Origin: a bacterium
GTDB taxonomy: Bacteria; Patescibacteriota; Minisyncoccia; JAHIHE01
Direction: 5' to 3'
NCBI GenBank assembly: GCA_030693205.1
Contig: JAUYBG010000010.1
Location: 130,059-194,058, forward strand
DNA: 64,000 bases
The notes under the pieces: model-generated
Told to the model about the DNA's origin: nothing
The model's database searches: none
Seen by the model: the letters and a program-made list of their open reading frames with translations, nothing else
Part shown: in pieces, positions 61,559 to 64,000 of the stretch
Layout of the letters: every line of letters starts with the position of its first letter
Position numbering within the stretch: position 1 is the stretch's first letter
Translations under genes and position numbers: made by a program

Positions 61559-61617
61559 TTTTAATAAACTTTATAAAGTTTATTAAAATTGACAAACTTT
61601 ATAAAGTTTGATAGTAT
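61559..61617 (+). promoter_or_regulatory. Promoter with two palindromic operators
   Basis: Two AAACTTTATAAAGTTT palindromes; TTGACA-17nt-TAGTAT overlaps the second. Confidence 0.75.
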
Positions 61618-61637
61618 TATGGTGTAAGCTTAAAAAT

Positions 61638-62567
61638 ATGACTATCCGAGAAAAATTGCAAATTATCCAGAAAGCGACCGGATTGACTCAAACCAAATTG
61701 GCCGATCGTTTTGGCGTGTCTTTTGTTGCTTTTAACAGCTGGTGGACCGGCAAATCTTCCCCCCGGCCGAAAATGCTGGCGGCAATCGATGAATTATTTT
61801 TAGAAGCAACCGGGCAGAAAATAGTTCCTACCGAACAACTAATTGCCAAAAAACAAATATTGGCTAAAAAATCCCGGGAACACAAAAATATAATTGCCGA
61901 GATATTGAAAAATCCGGATATTCGGGACACCTTCCTGTTAAAACTAACTTATAACAGCAACAGCATTGAAGGCAGTACCCTGACCGAGCTGGACACGGCA
62001 GCGATTCTTTTTGACAATGCCGCTTTGCCGAATAAAAGCATAACGGAGCATTTGGAAGCAAAAAATCATCAGACTGCTCTTAATTATCTTTTTGATTATC
62101 TGGCGCAAAAAGGCGCTATCAATGAAAATCTTGTTTTAAAGCTTCACGGTATTTTAATGAACGGCATTTATCCTGATGCCGGCGCATACCGCAATCATGC
62201 CGTCCGAATTCTTGGCGTTAACTTGTCAACCGCCAATTATTTAAAACTTCCGGATTTAATTCCTGCTATCATCAACGAAGCGGCTAAAAAAACTGATGAC
62301 ATTATCGCTTTGTCGGCCTCAATCCATAGCCGTTTTGAACAAGCTCATCCTTTTTCCGACGGCAATGGTCGAATTGGCCGGATTTTAATGTGCGCCATGC
62401 TTTTAAAAGCCAATTTGGCGCCGGCTATTATCAGGCAGGAAAATAAACGGCTTTATAGCGCTTATCTCTATAAAGCGCAAACCAAAAATGACACAAGCCA
62501 GCTTGAGGATTTTTTATGCGATGCGGTACTGGATGGATTTAAAGTTTTGGAACGAATTAATATATAA
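61638..62567 (+). CDS. HTH-Fic family protein
   Basis: N-terminal XRE HTH, SNSIEGS inhibitory-like motif and HPFSDGNGRIGR. Confidence 0.92.
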   Translation: MTIREKLQIIQKATGLTQTKLADRFGVSFVAFNSWWTGKSSPRPKMLAAIDELFLEATGQKIVPTEQLIAKKQILAKKSREHKNIIAEILKNPDIRDTFLLKLTYNSNSIEGSTLTELDTAAILFDNAALPNKSITEHLEAKNHQTALNYLFDYLAQKGAINENLVLKLHGILMNGIYPDAGAYRNHAVRILGVNLSTANYLKLPDLIPAIINEAAKKTDDIIALSASIHSRFEQAHPFSDGNGRIGRILMCAMLLKANLAPAIIRQENKRLYSAYLYKAQTKNDTSQLEDFLCDAVLDGFKVLERINI

Positions 62568-62623
62568 TAAAATTTCCACCGAATTTTAAAAACCCCGTTT
62601 TTGCGGGGTTTTTGCCAACTTTA

Positions 62624-63668
62624 GGTTTAATAGTAAATTTGTGAGGCTATTTCTTAAGTATTTCACATATCATCTTGTATCTTTTAGCTCTACTCATTCC
62701 TCGATGAATTCTCAACAAGGTTTTGAAATAGGAAAATGTTCCGTCTAAAGAATTGGTAGTATTGGGGATTTTTAATTTAGGATATTTCTGGTAAGTAAAA
62801 AGATAAGGCAAGTTTGTTTTTAAACTTCGATAGGCTGATCTTAATCTTTTGTGAGTGAAATATAGTCTTTGAGTTTCAGGATTGAATGATTTTTCTTGCA
62901 AAAAATCTTTCCATTTTTCATGCCACTTATTCAGTAATTCAGTAAATTCTTTTTCATTTGAAGTAGTCAATGATAAAGCAATGCTTCTTAACTCTTTACC
63001 TGCATCCAGTTTTGGTTTTCTGGTTAAATACCGATTGATAATAGCCACCTGATGAAATTGGCACATCTGCACAGGAAGATCCAGAAATACCTCTTTAACC
63101 CCTCTTTTACCGTCAATTACCACTCCTTTTAGAGTAAATCCTTGCTGTTCAATCTGAGTTCTTGCTTTCCAATAAATATCCGGAGTTTCAGTTGATACTT
63201 CTTTCCAATAAATATTTTTCTTTAAATTCGGTTCTCTAATTGCCACAACTCCATAGCTTCTTTCAAAAAAAGTAACATCGGCAATGATTACAACCGGTTG
63301 AGGATTTGGTAAATTATTAGGAGAAATTTTAACTGAATTTAATTGCTGGTTTATCCATTTCTTGCTTCTGTGATATTTTTCTGATAAATCTTTTAGAGTT
63401 TGTTTTTTACAAATATATTCTTTCCAAAGTTTATTTTGTAATCGGATTTTTCTTCGCTTGCTTTGAAATTGCAATCCGCATTTTGTGCATTTATATCGCT
63501 GTACCAGTCGAAATTTTCCATTCTTTTTTACATAACCGTTGCCGCATTTTGGACACTTTTTTTAAATGACATACTATAGATTTAAAATTAATTGTAAATT
63601 AAGTTAACTTTTAATCTACAGTATGCCATAAATTGAAGTTTTTAGCATCACAGATTTACTATTAAGCC
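62624..63668 (-). mobile_element. IS256-family (Zn-binding variant) insertion sequence, copy 2
   Basis: Same 1045-bp length and TIRs as copy 1; homologous transposase at 62647-63572; flanks caacttta/aaatttta are an imperfect duplication. Confidence 0.88.
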
Positions 63669-63684
63669 AAATTTTATAATATTT

Positions 63685-64000
63685 CTAAATTTCCACTGTT
63701 AAATTCGGACCAACAATCTCTGCTTTTATTCCGATATCGCTAATCAATTTCTGAAGCGCTTGCGACCCTTCCTGTTCGCCGTGATTCAAATAAACTTTTT
63801 TCGGCAAAGTTTTACCGCTAGCTAGCCAGCCGAGAAGTTTTTTCTGGTCGCCGTGAGCGGATAAAGCGCCGATCGCCTTGACTCGGCAATTCACCGGAAC
63901 TATTTTCCCGTCGACAGAAACCGGAGATTCGCCTTTCAAAATCCTCCGGCCCAAAGTGCCATTCGCCTGATAACCAATAATAAGCAAAGTGTTTTTTCTT
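63685..64000 (-). CDS. MBL-fold beta-CASP ribonuclease, C-terminal part
   Basis: GYQANGTLGR, LSAHGDQ and LNHGE motifs; runs off the window edge. Confidence 0.85.
   Translation of the reverse strand, partial: RKNTLLIIGYQANGTLGRRILKGESPVSVDGKIVPVNCRVKAIGALSAHGDQKKLLGWLASGKTLPKKVYLNHGEQEGSQALQKLISDIGIKAEIVGPNLTVEI

Noticed and set aside
3524-64000. Additional DGR variable repeats
   Set aside because: No second match to the TR was noticed by eye; a BLASTN of the TR against the genome is needed to exclude remote targets.

Overview
AT-rich chromosomal window whose gene content suggests a Patescibacteria (CPR/Parcubacteria-like) bacterium (inference). The left edge holds a diversity-generating retroelement (DGR): RT, a 116-bp template repeat, Avd and a membrane-anchored target with a C-terminal VR. 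Its RT gene runs convergent and antisense to the TR/avd/target unit. Next come an MNT-HEPN pair, a glycan cluster, an enlarged RNase P RNA, a VirB4/PrgI/VirB6-like cluster, housekeeping genes (rsmA, pcrA, comM, lspA, infB, rbfA, nrnA, cca), six tRNA genes, two restriction-modification islands and two IS256-variant elements. The main highlights are the inverted-RT DGR with long-range complementarity near its VR, an archaeal-type tetraether lipid synthase (Tes/GDGT-MAS) homologue, an archaeal-looking surface protein, a candidate novel ncRNA, and several palindromic or MITE repeat families, some inserted in frame into proteins and into rnpB. All family calls rest on motif recognition by eye; no database searches were run.
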